DNA of 46,599 nt, from NCBI GenBank assembly GCA_049700155.1, contig JBNAVX010000021.1, positions 1 to 46,599 on the forward strand. Reading direction: 5' to 3'. The translations under genes and the position numbers were made by a program. Each line of letters opens with the position of its first letter. Positions within the stretch are counted from its first letter, which is position 1. Under the pieces are notes generated by a model. The model had not been told where the DNA came from. It did no database searches and saw only the letters and a program-made list of their open reading frames with translations. Shown one piece after another: positions 1 through 8,629 of the stretch. The stretch is from Thermodesulfovibrionales bacterium. Lineage in GTDB: Bacteria > Nitrospirota > Thermodesulfovibrionia > Thermodesulfovibrionales > SM23-35.

Positions 1-129
1 TGTGTAAAAAGGGTATGTAGGTCTTTCTAAAAACTTATTTTGGACAAGTCTGATTTAACTCACAATATAAAAGTTTCTCAATTATGTTATATTTAACATC
101 AAAGTAAAGATAATTTAAAATTAAATTTT

Positions 130-285
130 ATGGTGCCTAAAGAACTTATTCTGAATGCATGTGATATTCCAGCCGTGCCAATGGTGGCATTTAAAGTCCT
201 TAGACTTATTGAAGACCCTCATTCTACCCTTGAAGACATTCAAAGGGCTATTACTGCTGATGATGTATCTAAAAAAACAACTTAA
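130..285 (+). pseudogene. Truncated HDOD-domain gene remnant (N-terminal 51 codons only)
   Basis: ATG 130, TAA 283-285. Translation MVPKELILNACDIPAVPMVAFKVLRLIEDPHSTLEDIQRAITADDVSKKTT looks like the start of an HDOD domain and stops where the domain should continue. It overlaps the helicase start in another frame. Confidence 0.5.
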
Positions 286-2287
286 CCCCTCTCAATTTGC
301 AGCGGTTACAACGGTTGAAGGTCCTGTCCTTGTCATCGCAGGTGCAGGATCTGGAAAGACAAGGGTTATAGAATATCGTGTCCTTCATCTTATAGAAAAT
401 GAAATAAGCCCGAATTCCATTCTGCTTCTCACCTTTACGAGAAACGCAGCAAGAGAAATGATATCGAGGGCTGCTAAACATGACCCCCGTTGTAAAAATA
501 TTGAAGGCGGGACATTTCATTCCTTTGGATACAAGATACTCAAAAGATATGCAAAAACCATTGGCTTTCCCGAATCCTTCTCTGTCCTTGACGAAGGAGA
601 TGCAGAAGATGCAATCCACAGGTGTTGTATTGAACTTGGATTTTTCGAAAAGGAAAAGAGATTCCCTAGGAAAAATACCTTAAGAAACATCATTAGTTCT
701 TCAATCAATAAACATACTCCTATAAGAGAAATTGTTAAAAAAGAGTATCCACATTTTTTAGAATATATCCCAGACATAGAAACATTAAAAGAAAAATATA
801 CTGAATATAAGATATGCTCAAACTATCTTGACTATGATGACCTTTTAGTATATCTTAAGCTCCTCCTTGAGAATGAGGATATCAGATCACATCTATCCAG
901 CAGATATAGATACATAATGGTTGATGAATATCAGGATACGAATAAACTTCAAGGAGATATCACATGTGCATTAGCTGAAAGGCATAGAAACATAATGGTC
1001 GTAGGTGATGATGCTCAGAGCATATATGGTTTCAGGGGGGCTACACATGAAAATATTATGAAGTTTCCTGAGAGATTTCCTGAATGCAAGATAATAAAAC
1101 TTGAAGAAAATTATAGAAGTACCCAGTCAATCCTTGATGTAGCAAATGCAGTATTGGAAAACATGAAGAATAAATATGCCAAATGCCTTGTTTCAGCAAA
1201 AAAAATAATCGGTGAAAAACCTAAGCTTCTCTTTTTCAAGGATGTCTATGAAGAGGCAGAATGGATTGCAGAGAAGATAAAAGTCAACAGGGATGAGGGC
1301 ATTGCATTTTCACATCAATGCGTTCTGTTCCGTTCATCCTATCTATCTATTCCGCTTCAGGCTGAATTAAGCAAAAGAAACATACCTTTTATCGTATTTG
1401 GTGGACTTAAATTTTATGAGACAGCTCATGTAAAAGATATCATGTCCCATCTCAAGATATTAGTAAACCCGAAAGATGAACTTTCATGGAACAGGATACT
1501 AATGCTTATTGAAGGTATAGGTCCCAAGACAAGCAATAAGATATTGAAGGAAATAATTAAATGTTCTTTCCTAAAAGAGGTCTTAGAGAATGTTTTTCAA
1601 AAATATAAGAGGGGCTATGTGTATTCAGATGGGATAGAGAAACTTGAAAATGCCTTAAAGAAAGCATCCAATAAGACCTTAGAGGTCAGTGAAAAATTCG
1701 AGATTGTGCTCGATTATTACACCCCAATATTAAAAAACAGATTTGATGACTGGCATTTAAGATCAAATGATTTAGAGACATTAAAACAAATATCAACGAG
1801 GTATGATTCACTTGAGGACTTACTTGTAGATTTTGCTATTGAGCCACCTGAAAGAGGTATCTGGCGAGTAGAACCATCAACACCTGAAGAAGAAAAACCC
1901 CTTACTCTATCAACTATTCACGCTGCAAAAGGTCTTGAATGGGATTGTCTATTCCTCATTGGAATGATTGACGGAATACTACCTATTGCTTATTCACTTG
2001 ATGATGAGGATGAGATCGAAGAAGAACATCGTCTTTTTTATGTAGGAATCACAAGGGCTAAAAAGCAGCTTTTTTTATCTCTTCACCATGAAGGGATAAG
2101 AGGTGGAGTAAGTACACTTAATAAGGTCTCCAGATTTTTAGATGTCCCGAATGTTTATACAAAATTTGAACACAAAAGAATCAGTCAAAAGACAATAAAA
2201 TCTTCATCAATAACCCAAATAGAAGCAGAACTCAAATTTTACGACAAAGAATCACTGATCAGAAGAGTAATGGATTTTTTAAAGTGA
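260..2287 (+). CDS. UvrD/PcrA/Rep-family ATP-dependent DNA helicase (SF1)
   Basis: Walker A AGAGSGKT, VDEYQDTN, GDDAQSIYGFRGA, LEENYRST, STIHAAKGLEWD, FYVGITRAKK. The start is probably ATG 260/263 (MMYLKKQLNPSQ...). The 155-259 extension in the ORF track overlaps the HDOD remnant and is unlikely to be coding. Confidence 0.9.
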   Translation: MMYLKKQLNPSQFAAVTTVEGPVLVIAGAGSGKTRVIEYRVLHLIENEISPNSILLLTFTRNAAREMISRAAKHDPRCKNIEGGTFHSFGYKILKRYAKTIGFPESFSVLDEGDAEDAIHRCCIELGFFEKEKRFPRKNTLRNIISSSINKHTPIREIVKKEYPHFLEYIPDIETLKEKYTEYKICSNYLDYDDLLVYLKLLLENEDIRSHLSSRYRYIMVDEYQDTNKLQGDITCALAERHRNIMVVGDDAQSIYGFRGATHENIMKFPERFPECKIIKLEENYRSTQSILDVANAVLENMKNKYAKCLVSAKKIIGEKPKLLFFKDVYEEAEWIAEKIKVNRDEGIAFSHQCVLFRSSYLSIPLQAELSKRNIPFIVFGGLKFYETAHVKDIMSHLKILVNPKDELSWNRILMLIEGIGPKTSNKILKEIIKCSFLKEVLENVFQKYKRGYVYSDGIEKLENALKKASNKTLEVSEKFEIVLDYYTPILKNRFDDWHLRSNDLETLKQISTRYDSLEDLLVDFAIEPPERGIWRVEPSTPEEEKPLTLSTIHAAKGLEWDCLFLIGMIDGILPIAYSLDDEDEIEEEHRLFYVGITRAKKQLFLSLHHEGIRGGVSTLNKVSRFLDVPNVYTKFEHKRISQKTIKSSSITQIEAELKFYDKESLIRRVMDFLK

Positions 2288-2327
2288 AAGAATTACATAT
2301 TTCAAAGATTTTTTCCTGTAAGAATAT

Positions 2328-3425
2328 ATGTCCAGGTGTAAGATATGTAACTCAGTCTCAAATCACATCTCTCAGGAACTCAGCGTATGCCTTAAGTGTT
2401 TAAGGGAAAAACCTTCTGAATCCATCCCTCTCGCAATAAAGGCTCATAGAAGAAGCAGGTCAGTTTTTAAGCTTCCTGAGAGACCGCCTAAAGACCCTGA
2501 TGGTGTATCCTGTAGAATCTGTGTAAATGAATGCAGGATTCCCGAAGGTGAAGCAGGATACTGCGGATTGAGAAAAAATGTAAAAGGCAAGCTTACAGGC
2601 ATCTCTTTAGAAAAAGGAAAACTATCCTGGTATCATGACCCTCTTCCGACAAATTGTGTTGCAGACTGGGTATGTCCAGGAGGAACAGGGGCAGGTTATC
2701 CAGAATATGCATATTTACCAGGACCTGAAAGAGGATATAAAAACCTTGCTGTATTTTTCCATGCCTGCTCTCTGAACTGTCTTTATTGTCAGAACTGGCA
2801 CTTTAGAAGAAAGACCATAAACCAACAAACGATTCCTGTGGAAAAGCTTGTCTCAGATGTTGATAAAAAGACTTCATGTATCTGTTATTTTGGAGGTGAC
2901 CCGACACCACAACTGCCTTTTGCATTGCGGGCATCGAGACTTGCCATTGAACAGAACAAGGGAAGAATCCTGAGGATTTGCTGGGAGACAAACGGGACAA
3001 TGAATAGTGCCCTTCTTGATAAGATGATAGAACTTTCACTGAATTCAGGTGGCTGTATAAAATTTGACCTTAAGGCATGGGATGAAAATCTCCATATCGC
3101 CCTTACAGGAGTTACAAACAAAAGGACTCTTGAAAATTTTTCAAGAGTAGGGGAAAAGATAAAATCAAGACCTATCCCTCCCCTTCTTATAGCAAGTACC
3201 TTACTTGTCCCGGGTTATATAGATGAAAATGAGATAAGAAACATATCAAGATTCATTGCCTCAATAAACAATGAGATACCATATGCCCTTCTTGCATTTT
3301 ATCCCCATTTCTTTATGTCTGATATGCCATTGACAACGAAAGAACTTGCATTGAGATGCATGAAATCTGCTCAAGAAGAAGGTTTAAAAAATGTGAGGAT
3401 AGGGAATGTGCACCTGCTTGCATAA
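2328..3425 (+). CDS. Radical SAM enzyme, PflA-like / AmmeMemoRadiSam-like activase family, with N-terminal Cys-rich zinc-ribbon-like segment
   Basis: CxxxCxxC motif CSLNCLYCQNW. Upstream Cys cluster CRICVNECRIPEGEAGYCGLRKN is typical of COG1180-type radical SAM proteins. N-terminal CKIC...CLKC. Confidence 0.75.
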   Translation: MSRCKICNSVSNHISQELSVCLKCLREKPSESIPLAIKAHRRSRSVFKLPERPPKDPDGVSCRICVNECRIPEGEAGYCGLRKNVKGKLTGISLEKGKLSWYHDPLPTNCVADWVCPGGTGAGYPEYAYLPGPERGYKNLAVFFHACSLNCLYCQNWHFRRKTINQQTIPVEKLVSDVDKKTSCICYFGGDPTPQLPFALRASRLAIEQNKGRILRICWETNGTMNSALLDKMIELSLNSGGCIKFDLKAWDENLHIALTGVTNKRTLENFSRVGEKIKSRPIPPLLIASTLLVPGYIDENEIRNISRFIASINNEIPYALLAFYPHFFMSDMPLTTKELALRCMKSAQEEGLKNVRIGNVHLLA

Positions 3426-3445
3426 TCCAGACACCTTGAATACCG

Positions 3446-3466
3446 GGTGACCTGATGAGTGACCAC
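3446..3466. repeat. TGAC-type heptamer microrepeat (3 units: GGTGACC TGATGAG TGACCAC)
   Basis: Read directly. The string GGTGAC(C)TGATGA recurs at 41819-41832. Confidence 0.5.
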
Positions 3467-3492
3467 GAGGTTCTTACGCTCTCATCCTGATA

Positions 3493-3648
3493 ACCTCTTT
3501 TCTGAAGAAAGTGCAGAATTGCAGATGGGTTTTGTCTGTCAGATATTCAGCACTAAAAATAGCGTAAATGTAAAATACAAACTGTAGAAATTGGCAAAAC
3601 GAATTTGAGAGGCTGGCATCTCCTGAAAAATTAGCTCTCAGTGTTTAA
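3493..3648 (+). pseudogene. Decayed relic of a PAS-histidine kinase gene (paralog of the 22444-24696 kinase)
   Basis: 3493-3604 aligns by eye base-for-base with 23744-23854, with long identical runs such as agtgcagaatt, cagatgggtttt, attcagcact, aaatagcgtaaatgtaaaata and gtagaaattggcaaaa. 3605-3645 resembles 23975-24014. A block of roughly 120 nt is missing between the two segments, in-frame stops are present, and there is no start codon. Confidence 0.7.
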
Positions 3649-3732
3649 TTATTTGAAAAAAAGATATGTTGATGATAGAATTGATTGCAAGGTAAAAACA
3701 CTTAATAAGAATTAAATCAAAAAGGAGGTATT

Positions 3733-4155
3733 ATGGTTAAAACTAAAGTATCAAAAGACTTAATGATTGATGTTTTTGAGTATCCTCATGTACCTTATTG
3801 GTTTACAGTAAGGCAGGCAATAACCGTTATTAAAAAGTCTCTTATTGGGACAGAAAAATGTGTTCACCCTCTTGCAGTCTTAGTGTTTGATGAGAAGTAT
3901 AACATCCTTGGCACTCTGACTCTGAAGGATGTCCTGAAAGGTCTTGATTCCAGAGAAAAGGCTGAGCGTCCTGTAAGTGAGGTTATGGTCCCTGCGAAAC
4001 ACTTTGTTGAACCTGATGACCCTGTTAGTAAGGCAGCAGACTTGATGCTCAACAATGATCTTGTGTTGCTTCCTGTTATAGAAAATAAAAAGAAATTTGT
4101 CGGTGTTATAAGAATGATAGAGATATTTGACGAACTAACTAGTGCGATTTTATAG
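3733..4155 (+). CDS. Stand-alone CBS-pair domain protein (short paralog)
   Basis: Strong RBS aaaggagg. Sequence pattern KDLM...VxxD...LGTLTLKDVL and VSEVMVP...LLPVIE...VGVIRMIEI is typical of CBS pairs. Paralog of 8630-9148. Confidence 0.7.
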   Translation: MVKTKVSKDLMIDVFEYPHVPYWFTVRQAITVIKKSLIGTEKCVHPLAVLVFDEKYNILGTLTLKDVLKGLDSREKAERPVSEVMVPAKHFVEPDDPVSKAADLMLNNDLVLLPVIENKKKFVGVIRMIEIFDELTSAIL

Positions 4156-4252
4156 AAATCTTTTAAAATCAACTCTCTACAAACCCTTTTATTATCTCTA
4201 AAAAGGGGACATTAGGTTAAGTGGGGTTAATAGGTACAAAGAGGATTCTGGT

Positions 4253-5158
4253 ATGGCAAAAAGAATTATATCTAAAAAAGTTACAGAACAAAGCAAGAAA
4301 AAAGAAAAAAAGATAACTGCAGATCAAATATGCCCAGCAGCAAAGTTAGAAAAGTTGCTTTTGGCAACAGATCGTTCTGACTTTAGCGAAGGTGCTGTTA
4401 GGGAAGCAATCAAATTGGCAAAGACCTGTGGCAGTAAATTACACATAATATCTGTCACTGAAACACCCGACATTCGTGCCTTTAACTATCCTCTGACAGC
4501 ATTTGAAAAATTAGAAATATTAACAAAACAACATCTTGAATCATTAAAAGGATTGGCGGAAAAGGATGGTATCATTTGTGAGACAATTATACGTCGAGGT
4601 CCTGAAGCTTACAAATATATTGTTGATGAAGCAGAAAAGAGAAAAGTAGATATGATAATAATGGGCAGACGGGGAAAGACAGGAATTACACGACTTATGG
4701 TGGGCAGCGTGACTGCTAAGGTTATAGGATATGCACCTTGCAATGTTATGGTTGTTCCAAGGTTCGCAAGAATCACCTTTGAGAAAATTCTTGTTCCAAC
4801 TGACGGCTCAATCTTCAGTGAGTTAGCATCCCGTGAAGCTATAAGTATTGCAAAACTCACTAAAGGTAGTCTTATTGTACTTTCTGTTGCTAAAAAGGAA
4901 GAAAATCTTCCATTTGCTGAGGCAAGTGTTAATATTGTAAAAGAGTTTGCTGAAAAAGAGGGAGTAAAGATTGAGGCATTGACCCTTGTAGGTAATCCTC
5001 ATGAGGTTATAGTAGAAACTGCGGAGAAGCAGAAAGCTGGTTTCATTATTATTGGGAGTCATGGCAGAAGTGGCATAGAAAGAATTCTTATGGGAAGCGT
5101 AACAGAGAGGGTGATAGGGCATGCAGGTTGCGCTGTTTTAGTTGTAAGGAAGCAATAA
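4253..5158 (+). CDS. Tandem universal stress protein (2 x UspA domains)
   Basis: Two USP repeats, each ending with the ATP-binding-type motif (MGRRGKTGITRLMVGSVTAKV; IGSHGRSGIERILMGSVTERV). Close paralog of 27086-27925. Confidence 0.85.
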   Translation: MAKRIISKKVTEQSKKKEKKITADQICPAAKLEKLLLATDRSDFSEGAVREAIKLAKTCGSKLHIISVTETPDIRAFNYPLTAFEKLEILTKQHLESLKGLAEKDGIICETIIRRGPEAYKYIVDEAEKRKVDMIIMGRRGKTGITRLMVGSVTAKVIGYAPCNVMVVPRFARITFEKILVPTDGSIFSELASREAISIAKLTKGSLIVLSVAKKEENLPFAEASVNIVKEFAEKEGVKIEALTLVGNPHEVIVETAEKQKAGFIIIGSHGRSGIERILMGSVTERVIGHAGCAVLVVRKQ

Positions 5159-5166
5159 AAGTAAGA

Positions 5167-7686
5167 TTATACTTTCTCTGTAAGATGTTGGTTGATGAAG
5201 TCTTCTGCATACATATCAGCAATAGTATCATTGAACATTACCATGTCAAGTTGTTTTGTATAGGCTGTTAATTTACCCAAAATGACTAATATCGCTTCAA
5301 TAGTAGATTTTTTATATTTGGTTAGGATTGCATCTATTAAATCTTCTTTAACATTCATTCTAAAACCTATCTTTTTGAGTATTTCTGTTATAAGCCTGAC
5401 TCGCCTCAATCTTCTGTCATGAGAGGCTCCGCCTCCTTTAAAGAAGAACTTTATGTAATTATCATTCAGGTTATCACCTGCATATGCTTCAATTAATGAG
5501 AAATGATAACCAAGTCTTATACTGAAATTCATATAGTTTTTTGACAGTATGGCAAAACTTTTTTCTCCCATCTCATAAAGCTTTTCTTCTACTGTAGTAG
5601 CATTTACTATAGTACCTAAAAAACCTTTAAAATCTGGTTTTGGTCCGGGCCACCTCATACCTTTCATGCCCTTTAAGAGTGCAGAAAATGGAATAGAGTA
5701 AATATCCTCTGGAGATGCTTTTTTTATGTTATCTCTGATACCACCATCTATATCTAATAAGTGAACATCAATAGGGATTCCTGCTACCAGATCTATCGTC
5801 TTTGTTTTCTTGATATCATGACCTTTACCTATATCAAACATCTCCTGCATTGCTATCTCATGTGCAAAGCGGGTTATATCATGAAATGTCTCACAATATT
5901 GAGGTTGAAAGTTCTCATCCATAGGGTCAACTAAATTCAATGGTGCAATCTTTTTTAATACCCTTTCGAGTATTTTAAATAAATGTGTATCTTTAAAGGG
6001 CTCTTTCTTTTTAAACCCGTACTCAAGTAATTCATTAACCTTACCTTCATATACATTACAATTTATTGCATCTACTGTTATCTCCTGCCCATTTTTTATT
6101 ATGCGCGTTGCAACCTCTGTATCAAGGATTGTTGGAACCTGATACTCTCTGGAGAGAGAAGCCATATGTCCTGTTGCGCTTCCAACATCCGTAATAATTG
6201 CTGATGCCTTCTTCATGATTATCACAAATTTTGGAGATGTATGTCTTACCACAAGGACTGAACCTTCAGGAAAATCCTTAAGATTTTCTTCATCTCTAAG
6301 TATAAAAGCCTTACCATAACCAATACCTTTACATGCAATCACGCCTTTATCAAGAATGACATTATATCCCTTTATCCTTGTTGGAATGTTTTTTTCAGGC
6401 ATGAGATACTGGACTCTTAAAGGTCTTGTCTGTAATATGTATAATTGATTATCTCTACTGATAGCCCACTCAATATCTTGAGGACAACCATAGTGTCTTT
6501 CTAAATCAAGTGCATATCCTGCCAGTGTTCTTATCTGGTCATCATTAATGCATTGTTTTCCTTTCAATTCATCGGGAACAGAGACCTCTTTAAGACCTTC
6601 ATCTTTCTCACAAATAAGCATCTTACATTGATTTGATATCTTTTTGTCGAGAATAATCCCTGCAGGGCTTTTTGAGACTATGTATGAATCTGTACTTACA
6701 GTTCCGTCAACTACTAACTTCCCTATTCCATATACACCATTAATTATGAGGTAATCAGCTTCTGCATTGTTTGGATCTATTGTATAAATCACACCGCCTG
6801 CCTTTGCATCCACCATATTCAAAACACCGACAGCCATTACCATTTCTCCTTCTGAAAACCCTTTTGTCTTGTAATAGAATATTGCACGAGGAGTGAATAG
6901 ACTTGCTACAACCTCTTTGTATTTCTGAAGAATCAAATCTCCCGGAACATTGAGGAAAGTGGCATACTGCCCTGCAAAGCTATATTTACCATTCTCAAGA
7001 ATGGCACTGCTTCGCACTGAGACAGGAGTTTCTCTACCAATCTTTTTACAAAGCATCGAGTAAGCATCTTTAATAGCCTTTTCTAAATCATATGGAATAT
7101 CTGATTCTATTATCATATCCTGTATATCTTTACTAACCTTATTAACCTCCTCCATATTCTCTATGGTAAGCGATGACAGTGATAATAGTGTTTTATTTAT
7201 CTTTTCTGTAAACATATTAAGTTCCATAAATTGTGAGAATGCATACGCACTTATTACGAAGCCTTCAGGTATTGGAATACCAAGGCGATTTTTTATCTCT
7301 CCTAACTGTGCAATTTTACCACCTGCAACATTTACCATATTAGATGTTAAATTTTCTAAAGGAATGGTGAGTTCACTAACAGGAATTTCTATTTTGAAAG
7401 AAAGGATTTTTTCTATCTCTTCATTAATATAATCATATATTTTAAAAAGCTGTTGATGCTTATTTTTAGATAGGATATTAAGGTTCTCAATTATATTCAA
7501 GACCCCTTCTCTAATCAACCTCACATTTGTTTTTATATAATTTCTATCAAAAAGATATTCACCTGAAAGTTTTTCCTCCATATCTGCCATAATCTCAAGG
7601 ACAAAGTTGTTTTTATTGAGAAGTTGCTGAAAAATGCTGTACTTATCTTTTAAAGATTTTCTTAGTAATGAAGATTCCTGGTTCAT
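5167..7686 (-). CDS. PEP-utilizer family phosphotransferase: N-terminal helical region + PPDK_N-type ATP-grasp + swivel phospho-His domain + unrecognised ~290-aa C-terminal domain
   Basis: ATP-grasp motifs VAGGKIAQLGEI, RSSAILENGKYSFAGQYATFLNV, DIEWAISRDNQLYILQTRP. Swivel domain TDVGSATGHMASLSREYQVPT (His codon 6166-6168). The C-terminus lacks the PEP-utilizers_C TIM-barrel motifs I know. Confidence 0.8.
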   Translation of the reverse strand: MNQESSLLRKSLKDKYSIFQQLLNKNNFVLEIMADMEEKLSGEYLFDRNYIKTNVRLIREGVLNIIENLNILSKNKHQQLFKIYDYINEEIEKILSFKIEIPVSELTIPLENLTSNMVNVAGGKIAQLGEIKNRLGIPIPEGFVISAYAFSQFMELNMFTEKINKTLLSLSSLTIENMEEVNKVSKDIQDMIIESDIPYDLEKAIKDAYSMLCKKIGRETPVSVRSSAILENGKYSFAGQYATFLNVPGDLILQKYKEVVASLFTPRAIFYYKTKGFSEGEMVMAVGVLNMVDAKAGGVIYTIDPNNAEADYLIINGVYGIGKLVVDGTVSTDSYIVSKSPAGIILDKKISNQCKMLICEKDEGLKEVSVPDELKGKQCINDDQIRTLAGYALDLERHYGCPQDIEWAISRDNQLYILQTRPLRVQYLMPEKNIPTRIKGYNVILDKGVIACKGIGYGKAFILRDEENLKDFPEGSVLVVRHTSPKFVIIMKKASAIITDVGSATGHMASLSREYQVPTILDTEVATRIIKNGQEITVDAINCNVYEGKVNELLEYGFKKKEPFKDTHLFKILERVLKKIAPLNLVDPMDENFQPQYCETFHDITRFAHEIAMQEMFDIGKGHDIKKTKTIDLVAGIPIDVHLLDIDGGIRDNIKKASPEDIYSIPFSALLKGMKGMRWPGPKPDFKGFLGTIVNATTVEEKLYEMGEKSFAILSKNYMNFSIRLGYHFSLIEAYAGDNLNDNYIKFFFKGGGASHDRRLRRVRLITEILKKIGFRMNVKEDLIDAILTKYKKSTIEAILVILGKLTAYTKQLDMVMFNDTIADMYAEDFINQHLTEKV

Positions 7687-7725
7687 TGATTTTTTTAATA
7701 ATATTATAAACCCCTAAAAAAACTC

Positions 7726-7754
7726 TTGACAAGGAAAAAAAATTAGTATATTAT
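7726..7754 (+). promoter_or_regulatory. Sigma70-like promoter for the GntR gene (TTGACA-17-TATTAT)
   Basis: TTGACA 7726-7731, 17-nt spacer, TATTAT 7749-7754; 38 nt upstream of ATG 7792. Confidence 0.45.
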
Positions 7755-7787
7755 TATAACAAATATCAAAGATAATAATGTTATAAT
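7753..7787. promoter_or_regulatory. Perfect 9-bp inverted repeat ATTATAACA-N17-TGTTATAAT, candidate operator
   Basis: Read directly. It overlaps the putative -10 and lies between the divergent GntR gene and the PEP-utilizer gene. Confidence 0.35.
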
Positions 7788-7791
7788 CTTT

Positions 7792-8535
7792 ATGAATTTT
7801 CTAAACAGACAAAACTATCGTAAACTTTATGTTCAACTTTATGAAAAGCTGCGTAAAAAGATTGAGGACAAAGAATGGTCAGTTGGCACTCAGATACCAA
7901 CAGAACAGGAACTTTGTAAACTTTTTAATGTAAGCAGGGCAACAGTGAGGAGCGCTATTTCAGAGCTTGTGAGGCATGGTTATCTGATACGCCAGCAGGG
8001 TAAAGGGACCTTTGTTTCTAAAAAGATTGTGTCAGGCAAGCTTAACATGTTCATAACTTTTGGTGAAATAATGCTTGATGAAGAGGTAGATTTTTCAACA
8101 GAAGTTCTTGCTCAAACAATATTGATGCCCATTGACGACCTTCAGGATAAACTCAGGGTATCTGGAGACAGGCATATAATTTATATAAAAAGGTTAAGAA
8201 AGATTGATAACAAACCTTTTATGGTTCAGGAATCATATATACCTTTTCATATATGTCCACAGCTCTTAGAAGAGGATATCCAGAGAAATTCCCTTTTTGA
8301 ACTTTTTGAGAAAAAATATGGAATCCAGATTACTCGAGTAAGATCACTATTTGATGTGATATATTTCAACACAGATGAGGTTAAAATTCTTGGTTTATCC
8401 GAGACTTCACCTACACTACTTTTAAACCAGCATTTCTTTTCAGGTGAGACTCTAATAATGTATATGCGTTCTATTAAGAAACCCGGAAGTTTTGAACTCT
8501 CTATGGAATTTGAAAGAAAGACAGGTGAGATGTAG
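7792..8535 (+). CDS. GntR-family transcriptional regulator, HutC-like (wHTH + UTRA-type effector domain)
   Basis: N-terminal GntR HTH pattern LPTEQELCKLFNVSRATVRSAISELVRHGYLIRQQGKGTFV. C-terminal length and pattern are consistent with UTRA. Confidence 0.8.
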   Translation: MNFLNRQNYRKLYVQLYEKLRKKIEDKEWSVGTQIPTEQELCKLFNVSRATVRSAISELVRHGYLIRQQGKGTFVSKKIVSGKLNMFITFGEIMLDEEVDFSTEVLAQTILMPIDDLQDKLRVSGDRHIIYIKRLRKIDNKPFMVQESYIPFHICPQLLEEDIQRNSLFELFEKKYGIQITRVRSLFDVIYFNTDEVKILGLSETSPTLLLNQHFFSGETLIMYMRSIKKPGSFELSMEFERKTGEM

Positions 8536-8629
8536 GATGGATTAGGATTTTGGGGAGGTGAGAAAAAAATAAATAGATGATACCTTGGATATCAAAGGGA
8601 AATAATTGAGAATAATTGAAGGAGTTTCT

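Noticed and set aside
155-259. N-terminal 35-codon extension of the helicase ORF in the ORF track
   Set aside because: It has no similarity to helicase N-termini. It overlaps the HDOD remnant, which is clearly the real (ancestral) frame there. Conserved UvrD-like sequence begins right after ATG 260/263.
3451-3480. CTGATGAG string reminiscent of a hammerhead ribozyme core
   Set aside because: There is no matching GAAA box, cleavage-site triplet or flanking helices I/II/III. The string is better explained as part of the TGAC-type heptamer repeat.
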